DNA of 63,942 nt, filler included, from Ionaspis alba (Eukaryota): NCBI GenBank assembly GCA_964255285.1. It is 4 parts of 4 records of this genome, joined end to end, with 100 filler letters (N's around TTAATTAATTAA, not from the genome) between each part and the next. Parts side by side here need not be neighbours in the genome. Positions count along the whole stretch, not along the records: positions 16,371 to 32,598 come from CAXUUL010000351.1; positions 32,699 to 48,870 come from CAXUUL010000352.1; 2 more parts are not named here. The stretch is one strand, 5' to 3'. The translations under genes and the position numbers were made by a program. This document shows positions 25,846 through 38,734 of this stretch, one piece after another. Position 1 is the first letter of the stretch; the number at the start of each line of letters is the position of its first letter. The notes beneath the pieces were generated by a model, which saw nothing but the letters and a program-made list of their open reading frames with translations, was not told the DNA's origin and made no database searches.

Positions 25846-26691
25846 CTACCAGCCATCTTCTCCAGACTCCGCGACAGGCTCTCCTTGCATGCCTGACTCT
25901 GGTTCTCCATCCTCTTCAAAGCCTCCTTGATCGTGCCTTTGCTCGCGCCTCGACCCTTGGCTCTCTCCGTGATCTTCCGTACTCCACAACCCTCTACTCT
26001 TCTCCAGATATCTAGACGTCAATTCCAGCTCTGTAACGAGCGCATCGGCATCGCCCGTTCTCTTGATTGCGTTCCTAGCAAGCTTGAGAATGTCCGAAGC
26101 TCCGGCCTCTAGTTTCGACATCAAACGTGTATAGGTCTCTCTGTTGGCCTGTTCCTCGTGACTAGTCTTCATGGGCTTTCGGCTGGGACTCGCGTGCAGA
26201 GCAGCGTCGAACGCGCTTTGCAGCTGATGATATGCGGTCTTGAACGTCATTGTCGGAGAGGAGTCATGCTCGTCTGGTCCGGCTCCACCGCCGGCGTTGC
26301 GGCGATTGTCGAGGGCACTGGCTTTTTGGCCCCACAGTTCGGTCAGGACGTGTGATCCCGCGTACGAGATGATGCTTTCCACATCTCTGTCGAAATCCAT
26401 CTTGAACCTCGCATAGAAGTCTGAGGTCTCTGCTAGAGCATTGAACAGGTCGTTGATCGCGTCTTCCAAGCTGATCTTTGATGCTCTATTGAGACCTTTG
26501 TGGGAACGTTGGAAAGGCTCTCGCTCATCTTCGTATTCTGACCCATCATGTCGATGATGCTGATTTGATGTTCGTCGGCTTGGCTTTGTTGCCCCATATG
26601 CGCCTTGATCGTTGTAGGAATTTCGGTGTCTGCTATCGTGACGGGATCGGTGCGGCCGAGAGCGATGGGCGAGTAAAGTTTCGAAAGCCAT
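25846..26691 (-). CDS. Hypothetical protein (281 aa, helical, disordered ends)
   Basis: Intronless ATG-initiated ORF with protein-like composition and no recognised domain. Confidence 0.65.
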   Translation of the reverse strand: MAFETLLAHRSRPHRSRHDSRHRNSYNDQGAYGATKPSRRTSNQHHRHDGSEYEDEREPFQRSHKGLNRASKISLEDAINDLFNALAETSDFYARFKMDFDRDVESIISYAGSHVLTELWGQKASALDNRRNAGGGAGPDEHDSSPTMTFKTAYHQLQSAFDAALHASPSRKPMKTSHEEQANRETYTRLMSKLEAGASDILKLARNAIKRTGDADALVTELELTSRYLEKSRGLWSTEDHGESQGSRREQRHDQGGFEEDGEPESGMQGEPVAESGEDGW

Positions 26692-28332
26692 TTCTTTGAG
26701 ATTGTGGTTTTAGCTATGAGCTGTGGGGGAGGTGCTAGCTAAGCATTCTGAAAGATTGGGAAGCAATAACAAGATTGGTCAAGATCGGACTTATAAACAG
26801 CCGTGGCGTCAGATCAGTTTTGCTGTCTGTTTCGCGAAGACATCCTGATCAAGAGATACTTGTCCGATGATCGTTGGCATTCACCTCTTCCGGAGGCCAG
26901 CTGCATGTCTATTTGTCCTTGATCACGGCTCTATTATCTATCGTGTCCGTATCCGCGATTGCTTCAATTGTTCCACGGGGTGTGGCGCGGCAACCAGGTA
27001 GTCGTGAGGACTATGCAGTCACTGCTTCTACAGCTATTGGCCGCAGCATGATGTTCGCTGCTTGCTCGAGTCCAAGCGTGATTGTCGGCTTTGTGGAAGG
27101 ACAAACACGTTTGTTTGCAGCTCCGTGGGACTTGTGTCACCTGTCTAACTCGCGATATTGCCGGGCGTGAGCTGGATGGAGTAATGTCAAATGCTTTTCA
27201 CATGTAGTTGGGAGTTGCCCTTTGCGCCTCATTGTAATAGACGACATGTTTCCAGCCTATTCTCACCGTAAGACTGCCCAAGTCATAAAATGAAGGATTG
27301 AAAATCGTTCGAGTGCACTTCTCGCTTAGCTCAACCCTCTGGTCCACGAGAGAAAAACCAAAGGGAATACGGACGACAGACAGGGAAGACAAGCAATTGC
27401 AAGCTATCTGTGAGCACTCACAAGCATGATAGTTGTGCGTTTAATATGGATTACAAGAGAGATGGGCAAGGGTGTTTACAATTTCTCCATACGCTCCAAT
27501 ATTCGACTTCATTCCTTTGAATTCATACCATTAGTCGATAAAGTAGCGCAGTCAACTGGCACAATCAAAACAAAGCTTTTAGGCTCATTCGATTGGATAC
27601 GAGTCCACTGGAGCATAACAACTCCTCTATAAGCCAAGCCCATCGCCTCGTAAGTACCCGTCAGGACATTTTCAACTCCCTACAGCAGGCAATCCTCCAT
27701 GCTCCAAAGCCAGTCAGCTCCGACACTCGCTTTCGAGTCCGGCAAGATCATGCAAACACTCATAACGATCAAAGGAGTAAACCACCCGCCCCTAACTATG
27801 CCCGTCAAATCATCGCCATCGCCGTCAAGAACTTTTCCCCCTTCATAAGTAATAAGTATCCTAGCAGCCTGAAGAGACTGAAGAGTTTTGCAACTCTGAT
27901 TGTTGAAGATAGTGTAATATAGAGCACCCACGAACGCCGCCTGATCGGATCGCCGTCTGCCAAGATAATAATTTGTTCTGTTGAAACTTTTCGTTGATTT
28001 CATCATGCATTTGTCGCCGTGATTGCGTGTGGTAGGTATTGGTTGTTGTCTATAAAGTAATGGGTGTGGAGAAGAGAAGTAGAGGAGCACAGAGAGCTTT
28101 TGTGATGATATATTTGGCCGGTATAGATGTCCTCGTAATTGAGCGATATGTTTGGTCCCTAGAGTTGGTGGTCAGGATCTCCGTAGGCAGCCTTTGTCGA
28201 CGGAGTTGGAGACTCCCGAGGAAGGTATTAGAGCTAGAGGAGTGCCAGGAGGGGCCTCAATCCAAGTGTCCTGGGACCATCGCCACGTGATATGGCAAGC
28301 TCGTAGCTAATCGTGCTGAAATATCGTCAAGC

Positions 28333-29111
28333 TCATAATATGACGCATTGCTTGTGCTCCTTTCCGTTCTTCTTTGTCCGACCGGATCGATGTCCTCGAG
28401 AGTCCATGTTGCCCAGTCCACCAGTCGGGCCTGTATTGGGACCGCCTCGTCGATCAGCACGCGTGAAATCTTGTCTCTGTTTTCGCAGATTTCTCACGAC
28501 ATCATAGAAGGCTCGCTCGACGTTGATGCAATTCTTGGCGGAGGCTTCCACGAAGTCGCACCCCAGGTCTTTTGCTAATGCATTGCCTTCTTGTGTCGAT
28601 ACTTCCCGCTCTGTGACCCGATCACTCTTGTTACCAACGAGCATGACAGGCGGGGGTCCGGTGAAGGTACTCATTGATGGTGAGATGGGGGATGCGAGGT
28701 AGCCAACGCCTGTCGGAGAGCCAGCGTTCGAAGAGTCTTTTACTCTTTGTATCTGGTTGTAAAACCGTTGTATTCGTGAGAAGGATGATCTGGAGGTGAT
28801 GCTGTAGACCAAGACGAAGCCTTCTCCGTCTCGTATCCACTGGTCCCTCAGAGCTGTGTATTCTTCCTGCCCGGCGGTGTCTAGAACTTCCAGCATGCAG
28901 GACTGTGTGTCAATGACTACTTGCTTTCGGTACGAGTCTTCAATCGTAGGGTCGTAAGTTTCAACGAAGTGGTTCAGGCACAGCTGCGTGATGTGAGCCA
29001 AAGGTCGAACGTTAGGAGCAAAGAGGCGCTGACCTGTATGGTAAGAGCGGTCTTACCCACACCTCCGTCTCCAAGCACGACCAGCTTGTACAGAGTCATT
29101 TTCCCTGCCAT
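28333..29111 (-). CDS. ras2: Ras GTPase, fungal Ras2/RasB type
   Basis: Motifs LVVLGDGGVGKTALT, YDPTIEDSY, DTAGQEEY, NKSD, EASAK and CaaX CVIL. Intron 28984-29033. Confidence 0.97.
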
Positions 29112-32100
29112 GGCTGGAGACCGAGCTCGAACGAGCTACTTCCTAGTGGCTGACAGATGAACAGAGAAGGTATTTCAGATGACTCGTTTTCTGGTGGGGG
29201 AAATATGCGTAGGTGGTTGAGCTAGGCGCGCCAGCTATCAAACTTATAGCCCGTAATAGTCGGCCGACAATCGAGGATGAAGGTGATGGTAGTAGAAAGA
29301 GAAAATCACATAGGATCTGATCGGCGGAGAAAATTATTCTCTAGACTGACAGCGTCGATAGAAAGGACTCGCAGGGCCGGATATTCTCCGCACAATTTTT
29401 GCTTATGCCAAACCCAGTCGGTGAATGCTTTTTGTAGTAAGCATACAGCTGCCAGACCAAGCTAGGCTTTGCGTAATCCAGGTCACAAGAATTCGCCTAG
29501 TGACGTTACTCAACAGGAAGCAAGAAAGTATGTGGGCTGTCTATGTCACGATTGGGCGGAGGGCAGAACCAGGCTGCAGGTACGAGAACGGGGCGGACAG
29601 CTGGATTTGGGAGTCGAGAAATTCAAGGTATAGGCGTTTATAGAATATCTTTTGTCCTTTCTGAAGGCGATAAAAACGAAAGGCGATGAAGAGAAGATGA
29701 GAGAAAAATTAATGTGTGAAGTAGTGAGCGAGTATAACGTTGACCACGTCTGTGTGCTTCGTTCGGTGCTGCCCGAGGAGCGTTCTGGACGTGCAGAGCT
29801 CGTTCTATCTTCCAACCCCCCACACGGAATTTTTCTTTTGGAGGAAACTTGGGCACGCGGTCAACACGTGGTAGGCTGTTGGATCAAGCTCTGCTGTTGG
29901 ACATAATTGGTAGAAGGGAACGAGGATGTCGTGGGGGTCCAAGTCTTGGGGATAAGAAGGGATTGGAGATCAATCGGAAGGATTTTCGACACCGTTCTTG
30001 TTATGTAGGGGAAGGAGGCATGTTGTGGTTGATTTTTTATTTGACTGTCGAGAGGAAGGGGAAAGAGACCGGCGAGGTACTAAAAAATGCGCGGGGTGGG
30101 TAAAAGGGACCGAGGAGGACAATCGTGGATCCCCCCATCAGGTCCTCAAGGCATATCCAAAGTGTATTTGTGAGCACCGGCCACGAGCAAATGTCGGTTC
30201 AGTTCATCAATCCCTACAGAAGATCACCAGGATGTGGTCCCTCAACCACATGCAAAGACTGGCCGATGAGTGGCCCTGTCCCAGTATGCGGCTTGGGGAG
30301 AGCTTTTAGGGCCGGAACCAGGAGTGTACAGAGTGACACTCTGGGATATTCAGGCGCTGTTGCTGATTGCCAGCATAGCATGGCATAGGGGAGTAGGTAA
30401 GTTTCGAGGGTCAAGATCGGGGTCCACCCGGCAGGAGCAACAGTGCTCTTTAGAAGCAGCCATTCAAGCCAGCCAAAGACAGCCCAAGCAGAGCAGCAAC
30501 CCCTTCATCATCCCGAACTGCTTGTCAGGGTCTAGAGCTAAGTTGCACGCCGGACTCGGTCGTAGTAGCGCCCACGGCTTGAAGGTACATCGATGCCCCC
30601 TTCAACGACTGGGTCCCCTCTGCTCGAAGGGTTCGAGTGCAAGCGAAGCAGGACGAGTCAGGAGAGATGTTCCCGATATCACTCAATTGGCTGCTACTCT
30701 ACTTTCTCGCCTTCCTCCCCTCCCCTTTAGTCAGTCCTACATACATGCCTTCAATCCCGCATGAATTGCTTATCCATGGTTCGCTTCTCCAAACATGATA
30801 CCACCGTCCTGGGACATTGGCTTGGAAGAGTATAGGACTTGGGTTCTCCGCATCCGTTCCACTCTTTTTCCTCCTCATAGTTACGGTGTACCAATGGAGG
30901 CTTGAAGGATTCCGTTGCCTGTAAGCTACGACTCTCGCCATCGATTGGTCCTGCTTGGACAGCCAAGTTGTCATCAGTGCATCTGCTTTCGACCATCCGA
31001 GATCCCATTCTGGTAGCCCTTGGCTTGGAGTTCGTCGCAGGATGTTATGCTGATTGGGGATTATTCAACGATCCACGAGCCAACGATCCTCAAGCCCATA
31101 CTCCAGGATTGACCTCTAGCCACCTCAAGCCCACGGATTAGAGAAAGAACTTTACCGAAGGCAAGTCCCTGGAGTCTACATCCTGCGTTGTGTGCGATGC
31201 ATGCAGTATCCGCATTGTGCTCTGGCTGCACATGGAGAGGTTGGTCAGCTTCCTTTTTCAACATCGACGGCTTGAAAGCGCTCTATAGCCGCTCGTCAAG
31301 CAGATCCCTCCACCTTGTGAAAATTCCGCCCAAGTCAACTCGACGAAATCTTGACAGTCGCTTTCAACGGAGGCCCTGCATGCTTGTGAGTTTGATGAAG
31401 TGGCACTATTCCGGGGCAAGAGACATAGCTGCCGGATAGAAATGCATCAGGCAGTCTGCTTGGCCATTTAGTGCATCGACCAAGGTATGTCTCTAGGTAC
31501 CGAGCAGAAAGTAAGTACCAACATGACCTAATCGTCTTGAGCAACCAAGTGCTTAGGCTTATGATTGTGGATATTGAGTTGCCACATAGGCCATGTCGAG
31601 TCCAACTCATTCGTGGTTCAGATGTTGAATTTCGGCCAACTGATTGCGCCCATACCATGCCGGAGAACTGCAAAGTCCATGCCTTACCAGAAATATTGCA
31701 CTCCAGCGCAGGTATAACGGTAGACATGCCAAGTTTGGCAGAGTCTTACGGACTACACCATAGGCGTAGATACAATTTAGTCCGATAGCTTGCTGCGCAA
31801 AAAAACTGTTTCTCATTGGAAGAAGTCGTGGCGTATCGTTACGCGCAACTCACGGTATTTTCCTTAACCACTCAGGAGATAACCTCAATCACGCAATATT
31901 AAAGCAGGCTGTTCTAAGATGGAGAGCACCAGGTGGATTACTTCACGTGCCAAGCACCAGTAGAAGTATGTAGAGATTGGTTGGGCAAACACATGTTATC
32001 GGTCTGCAGTCCGGAGTTCATTCAGCCAATCGCATGCTAAGGGATCAAGCTGCGCAAACGGCCACTCCCGGCATCCTTCCGCCGCGGGATCATGTATTTA

Positions 32101-32598
32101 CAGGCATATCTTCTAGGGGAACTACTGATAGCATCGGCCGATCTGAAGAAACTATTTGCATTTCCTCCTCCGTGGAATCCAAAGCAAGCCGAACATCTTC
32201 AGACAGACAAGAGAACAAGTTCTGCAATGTGAAATTGTGTCATGAGGGAATTTCGATTCCCTCTGTGTTATTATCAGATCTGAAGTCACGTACTACCATC
32301 TACGATAATGCACACTTGACACTTGATCTGCATGAGACTTGCACCTGTCAAGCGGCGTGGCCATCGACGACACCAATGACGCTTCCACGCATGCTGTGAT
32401 GATCATGTGATTCTCTCCAGATTTCTTTTGAACCGCAGATGATATCCATCAATTCACAGAAGAATTGATCTCAGATCTCTCCGTCAATCTTCCCAGATTT
32501 ACTCAATGAGTGAAAAGAGTGTATGAAACCTTCGTACCGCACTGTCTACGCTGCTCTGCTTCCCAGTTGCGCCGTCTCGACCAGAGCTATAGGTCAAC

Positions 32599-32698
32599 NN
32601 NNNNNNNNNNNNNNNNNNNNNNNNNNNNNNNNNNNNNNNNNNTTAATTAATTAANNNNNNNNNNNNNNNNNNNNNNNNNNNNNNNNNNNNNNNNNNNN
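32599..32698. other. Assembly gap with linker; truncates a P450 gene
   Basis: N-run plus TTAATTAATTAA. Confidence 0.97.
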
Positions 32699-33368
32699 AG
32701 AAGGCGGCGCCAAGATGAGTCATGTTCTTGTGGGATGGGTTTGGTTCGAGTATTTTTGATTCGAGGCATGATGGAGTCGGTTCTTCGAAAAGGATTTTGA
32801 GACCCGCCGCTGTCACACCAAACCGAGACATAAAATCAACAGTAGAAATATCGTGTGTAAAATCATCGACGGCTTTCTGTGCGGAGTAAATATCCTGAAC
32901 AGAGATCAAAACGTAAATCTTTTGCCTTGCGACAGTAACAATAAACGGCTCTCGGGAGTTGTTGAAATATTGTCTGTGACTTAGTCAACACAGCGAAGCT
33001 TGGGATAATTAGTTGCTACAAAAATTCAAATACCGTGCATGATCAATAGTTCCTTCGATGTCATTGAAGAATGAACAGGTATGGCCTTAGATAATTATGC
33101 TGTTAGCTGGCATGTCGAAGATTCTGACAACCGGAGCCTCGCTCACCCAGAACTATTAATTTGTTATCAGCCGGACAATACATAAGCAAGGCATGCAGTA
33201 AAGTATACATGGAATCAAGTACGGTAGTTCCTTTACATCGTCCGGCCTCAGGGCAGGCAGAATCGTAAATCTCCAAATGCGCCAGCATAACCAAGTACCG
33301 GAAAGAAACAGGAGAGCTGATATGGATGAATGCTGCTGGAGCGATTGAAAAAACTGAATGGTGGCCAT
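32699..33368 (-). CDS. Cytochrome P450, CYP7/CYP8-like clan, N-terminal part (3' end in gap)
   Basis: TM anchor, KELPYLIP-FLGH (6-nt micro-exon 33147-33152), QYFNNSREPF. Same intron positions as the 34261-36105 paralogue. Confidence 0.82.
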
Positions 33369-34260
33369 ATGGGCATAAAAGATCTGTGAGCGATAAAGCT
33401 ATGAGGGGAAGAATAAGAACGTGTTCGGAAAATTCGAACACCTCTGTAGAATATCATTCGGCTGTTATCTCTTCTCTTACGTCAAGACACTTCTAGACGC
33501 CATGTGGCACGTTGTCATAGTGTAATGTCAGCTGAAAAGCCATGCCACAATCTACAAACAATTCTTGGGTGTGGGGCCAGGGCACGAAGAGGTATGCAGG
33601 AGTCATGCCACAGCTTCAAGAAATTTAATACTTCTCTGACTGGTGCAGGAGAGCTTGCCTTACGGCAACTTGTATAGCGGAGGTGTTGGAACATGCCAAC
33701 AAGTTCTGTGCCACATTCACGAGCAATAGTCGGGTCAGGCCAACGTAAAGGTGTGGAATCCAGCCGAGTGAGATCTGCTTCCATACAGCCGTTGGATTTC
33801 TGAGTTGAGACAGCTGAACACTTTGCCTTAGAGCTGCAGGTCGTGGCGGCACATTGATCGCATGCAATCATAAATGCAAAATGACAGTATCAGCGGCCTA
33901 GCATAATGAGTGCAAGGAATCAACTCGGGTCTGAGAACTGCACGTCTCAATCAAAACGCTCGTGGCACTATAATGCCGGAAACATGATTGTAGGTTGGAT
34001 GCTCACTTACGGCGTGTGTATTATAAGGCGTAGCCGAGCGCCACTTCTTGGAAATTTGGGGTCCAGCGCATGTGCGGCATGTCAGAGCTAGCTATACGTT
34101 TTCCGCCTATCCTCGAGTCCTGATCTATATTTCGAAATTGTAAGTCTAGAGATTGATTAGGCAACCACAATTGCCTGACATGCATCGTGATTACTCTAGT
34201 GGAGTGCCTTCCGTTATCCCCAATGCAAGCTGCAAGCTAGCAATCCTACTGCCAAAATAG

Positions 34261-36105
34261 CTAACCGCTGCTTTCTTGTGTGTGCTTGCGAGCTCCAGCC
34301 CTCTCAATGATCACTTGGACATCTTCCCCTGCTCGAGGCATCATGATTCCCAAGCTCGGCTTCTTGGTATCAAGCTTCGGAAATGCTAATCCCTCCATTC
34401 CAGCCAATTTGATATCAAAGCGATACATTGCCAGCGCTATGAAAACAAGGACCTCTCTCCGAGCGACGTAGCGGCCAGGGCAATAAGTAGATCCGCCACC
34501 GAATGGCCGGAAGCTCGGGCTTTTGCTAAGATTCTTGTCCCGCAGGAATCGTTCAGGGTCGAAATTATGGACGTTGGCGCCAAAGACCTCGCTGTTGAAG
34601 TGCAGTTGGCGGAATGGCAAAAGTACCTTGCCGCCTGCGCGGAGGGTCACATTCCCTAAGGGAGTGGCGCTTTCTACTGTCCGAATGGATGCCGAGGCAG
34701 TCGTCAGGCGCAGGACCTCGTTGTAGAGCGCTACCAGCTGGGGACATTCTTCCAATCGAGTCTCCAGACCAGGAGATCCGTCACGAACAGCCATTCTGAT
34801 CTCTAATTTGATGGCTGCGTAGAGCTTGGGATCGAAAACAAGATATGCCATTATCCAAAAGCATAGTTTGTAAGCGTTGCTAAGGATCCTAAGAGGCACC
34901 TTTCAGCTCCATTGTCTTCTTAATGCGGCAATGGGAGGAGCAGACGCCGAGACTTACACCCAAACAAGTGAAGTAACCATGGCAGCAAGATCGTGAACTG
35001 TAATGCCAGCTTCATTTGTTTCGGCCTCTAGCTTTTGGATCAGCCAAGCGCCTTCAGGTCGTTTATTCTTCGGCAGTCTGAGCCATGCCTCGATGCCTGC
35101 GAGCATCTTGTCCTTCGCAATATACATTTTCTTTGACATACTGCGCGGGTACTTGTATGTGAGCTTCCAGCTTTCGTCGTCAAAAGCTGCAAAGTATTTC
35201 AGCAGTTGAGGTTCCAATTCAAGTAGACGGTCACCAAAGAACGCTGTCGTTACAGCCTTAAGCAGCACGTCACGGGTCCATTCGAGAAGGGAGAGTGCAT
35301 AGCTTTCACTTGTCCTATCAATGATAGCGCTTTGGGGCAGCTTGTCCCACTGCATTGATGAATCGATGTATTGGAAAATCCTCTTCCATAAAACGTCCAG
35401 ATGATCACCGGGGAGTAGCTGATCTCGGTAGAAGTCTTCTCCCGCATGGGCCAATGGTTTATGTAGCTGGGTTGAGCTGTTTGTATCTTTTGGGCATCTC
35501 CACAGCTTAACAATCCCATCTTCGCTGACTCCAATTGACTTCATGACATCCTGGACATACTCAAGGAATGTGAGCGTCTTAGTGTTCTTGTAGATTTCAG
35601 TCACGTGCTGCGGAGACGTGACAATATAGAGCCGCTGTCCAGCGATCGTAAGTCCAAATGGCTCGCGAGAATCACCAAAATACTCCCTGGCGCCTGTTCA
35701 ATACTGACTAGGGCGAGTCCACGAGATATTTGGTATGTAACTTACCTGGCCTTGGTAAAAGTGCCTTCTGTGTCTCTGAAGAAGCTTATAGCATGGCCTG
35801 GTTTAGGGGTAAGTTGAAATTTTTGGCTGGGAGGTCTTATCCAACACCATACCTATCACTGTAGATAGGACAAATTAGACTGTGCAAGAAGCGTAGAAGG
35901 AGGAGCGTGACATACAAGGGATCCAATACGGCATTTCTCGAGGCTCTTTTGGTTCGAAAGCAGGCTTGATGGTGAATGCCCACAAGCGCCATGACAGCCA
36001 CGTTACAGCAAAAGTGTAGAAGCTTATCAGCGAGTATGAAATAGTGCCATCACTATTGGAGTAGCTAGTAGAAATTTGCTGCAGAAACCGCTCAAACAAA
36101 GTCAT
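34261..36105 (-). CDS. Cytochrome P450, CYP7/CYP8-like clan
   Basis: PYWIP-LIGH (6-nt micro-exon 35853-35858), I-helix LVWVILSNAYKLCFW, EVLR, FDPERF, heme motif FGGGSTYCPGR. Four introns. Confidence 0.93.
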
Positions 36106-36615
36106 GCTGTCCAGAAATTGCGCTGAAAGCAGCGCGGCGAGTAGGTGGTAATGGAATTTAATAGTTGCTAGGCATGACGACTTTGATGTCGTCGAAAGTG
36201 AAGCTTTTGCAAGCCAGGCTCTGATTTAGCCGCACAAGGCAGAAGGGTGAATGAGGAGGAGGAGAAGCTGGGGGAGAGGAGAAGCAAGCAGAATTGGGGA
36301 AGTGTGTGGATAGGCGGAAAACGCCGCAACCGTACAGTATGCAACTTATTCTCGTCCTCAACGACATGCAAAATGCAGCCATTCAGAAGGGTCGTACTAA
36401 TACATGTCCTGCAGGTGCTGATCCGTGCCGCCCTTCGGAGGCCGATACGAGGGTTAGGATGTTGATTTCAACTCTCAGCCTCGTGTAGGATATCCGGTTT
36501 AAAGGATTCGACGGACACAAATTTCACATCCAAGCAAAACTACTATTCCTATTCTACTTCGAGCACAGAACCAAAAGCCCCAGAATTCCAAGCGCGTAGT
36601 TAGATTCTGTTTGCT

Positions 36616-38734
36616 TTAGTCTGATCGTCTGCGTACAAGTAGCTCGACATTATTGTGCGGTACGACGGTTGCACGCCAGGCAAAACTCCGTGCCGCGTTC
36701 TTCTTTGCGAGCTGGATATCAAAATGTGTAAGAATGTATCCGAGTGTGATTTTCAGAGCATGAGAGGCATAGAACCTGCCAGGACTGTTGCCAGATCCAA
36801 ATAAATCAGTTATTTTCCAATATCATTAACACGCTACGGTTACGGCACTGGGAGCTAATTACCATGCTCGTTTACCATGGCTCCAAAACAGGAATTTTGG
36901 TTCCGTGTCCGTAAATCTCGAGGCATCGGCTCCAAGTTTAGTGGTCTCTTCCGTGGAAGTTTTTCCCATGAATCGATAGCCATCGAACTCGGTTGGATTA
37001 GTGTAATGAGCCGGGTCCTGCATGATCGCCCTTGACGGTGCGCACACCCAATTGCCGCTTGGTATGTGCATGCCGTCGTTGAAAGTGTATGGTGAAAGAG
37101 CTTTGCGGCGCATCGAAACTATTTGAAGAAGGTCAGATTGCTGGGAAAAAAAAGGAATTCGGAGCTTAAATAGTAGACGCACCAGTATCCGCCGGATGTA
37201 GACGTGCTGACTCCTTCAAGAAACTGTCCATCAGTGGGAGGTCGTCGGTGCCAGATTTGATTTGCCCATGTGCAAATTCATCACGCAATTTCTCGATGTA
37301 TTCAGGGTGGTCGCAAATATCGTACAAAACATATGTTAGTGTCTGTTGAATTGTTGGCATCATTAAATAAATTAGTAAAGATAATGATTGTTACAGTACC
37401 ATGGCCAGCTGATGGATCGAGGCCCACCACAAGCCAAGGGTGATTTGAATTAGTTTTGATACTGGCCATGGACTTTTGCGAGGAGAAGCATCTATAATCC
37501 ATTGGAGACAATTAATCTGCCTTTCTTAGTCTCTACCAGCAAATAAACAGCATGAATGAGGGGGTCCCTGACCGGCTTGTTGATTGAAGGATCGCAAAGA
37601 GCTCGAAGTCTCAAGCTCTCCTCAATCACAGGCGTGAGATAGTCGTTCAGAACATTGGAAGCACGATTACTGTTCGTTATCCAAGAGACGACAGTCCTGT
37701 GACTAGTCAGGATTCGGTTAATATCTTGCCAAAGAGGTATATACGGTGCAAGAAACTCAGGAACATAGCGCAGTGCTTCTGCAGCCATAAAAATACCTTC
37801 CGGGTATTGTAGAGCAGCATCGAGAAACACAGGATCATTTGCTAGTGTGAAAGTTAAAGAAGAGCTTAAGGAGAAGGGTAAAGAAATTTTCTTGCTGACA
37901 TAGATGTCTGCCAAAAAACACATAGCTTGTGGCCGTCCGCATAACGTTCTTAGCCATTGGAAAAGTGCGGATTCTAGCCCAGCCTGCACGAAACAAATGT
38001 TATTCCAGCTAGACATTGGAAGCCGAAAACAAAATTACCGTCTGTGGTAGTTGGGCTGGCAAAGACATCAGCATCAAAGGCTCTGCTGATTGTTTGTTGT
38101 AGTTCCAGATGGAGTTTTGGAAGATTGGCCGTGAGCATAGTCCGAAGAACACGATACTGCAAACTTGTGCCCGTAACACTATCTTCTAATACCTCAAAGC
38201 CGTTCATGGTGTACCTCGGTTGTAGTAGCTATTAGTGCTTTTGTTAGGTGGGGTTGTCAGAGAAAGCTGAAATGGGACTTCTTACATCTTCAGCCAGTGC
38301 AACTAATGATAGTCTGCCTTCCGGCACTTCGGCGAGCTCTTCCACATGCGAAGAAGACGAGACATGGACAAAGGTTGTGGTATAAGTCGATAGACTGTAT
38401 GGAACACCAGATATCTATACATGTAAGCCTGACATGTAAGCCTTGATCTGTATTACAAGTCTGAGAGAAGTACATATTTTTCTTGTAATATGTCTGCGTA
38501 GTGCAACAGGTATCTAATGCTGGTAATGCAACAATAGAGCTTGTTGAAGGATATGGTGATTGATTCCTATAGTTACCGTCAGACATCTTGTGAGAGCATA
38601 TTTCACAAACCCAAAATGGCAACAACCGTTGCTAAAATACTCAAATTCCACAACAACCAGAGCACAAAGGATGAGCCACTCAAGACAAAGAGATTGCGAG
38701 AGAGGGTCTGTGAATCAAAATCTATAGCAATCAT
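36616..38734 (-). CDS. Cytochrome P450, CYP503/ent-kaurene-oxidase-like (secondary metabolism), ~10 introns
   Basis: Motifs [15 protein letters not shown] (I-helix), [31 protein letters not shown] (Cys codon split by an intron). The 5' exon boundaries are less certain. Confidence 0.88.

Noticed and set aside
28660..28740. Ser/Pro-rich insertion in Ras
   Set aside because: Typical of fungal Ras2/RasB proteins.
29112..32598. 3.5 kb with many short ORFs upstream of ras2; checked for the missing P450 3' half and for tRNA/5S genes
   Set aside because: No P450 motifs or RNA gene signatures. Probably long UTR/promoter and intergenic DNA.
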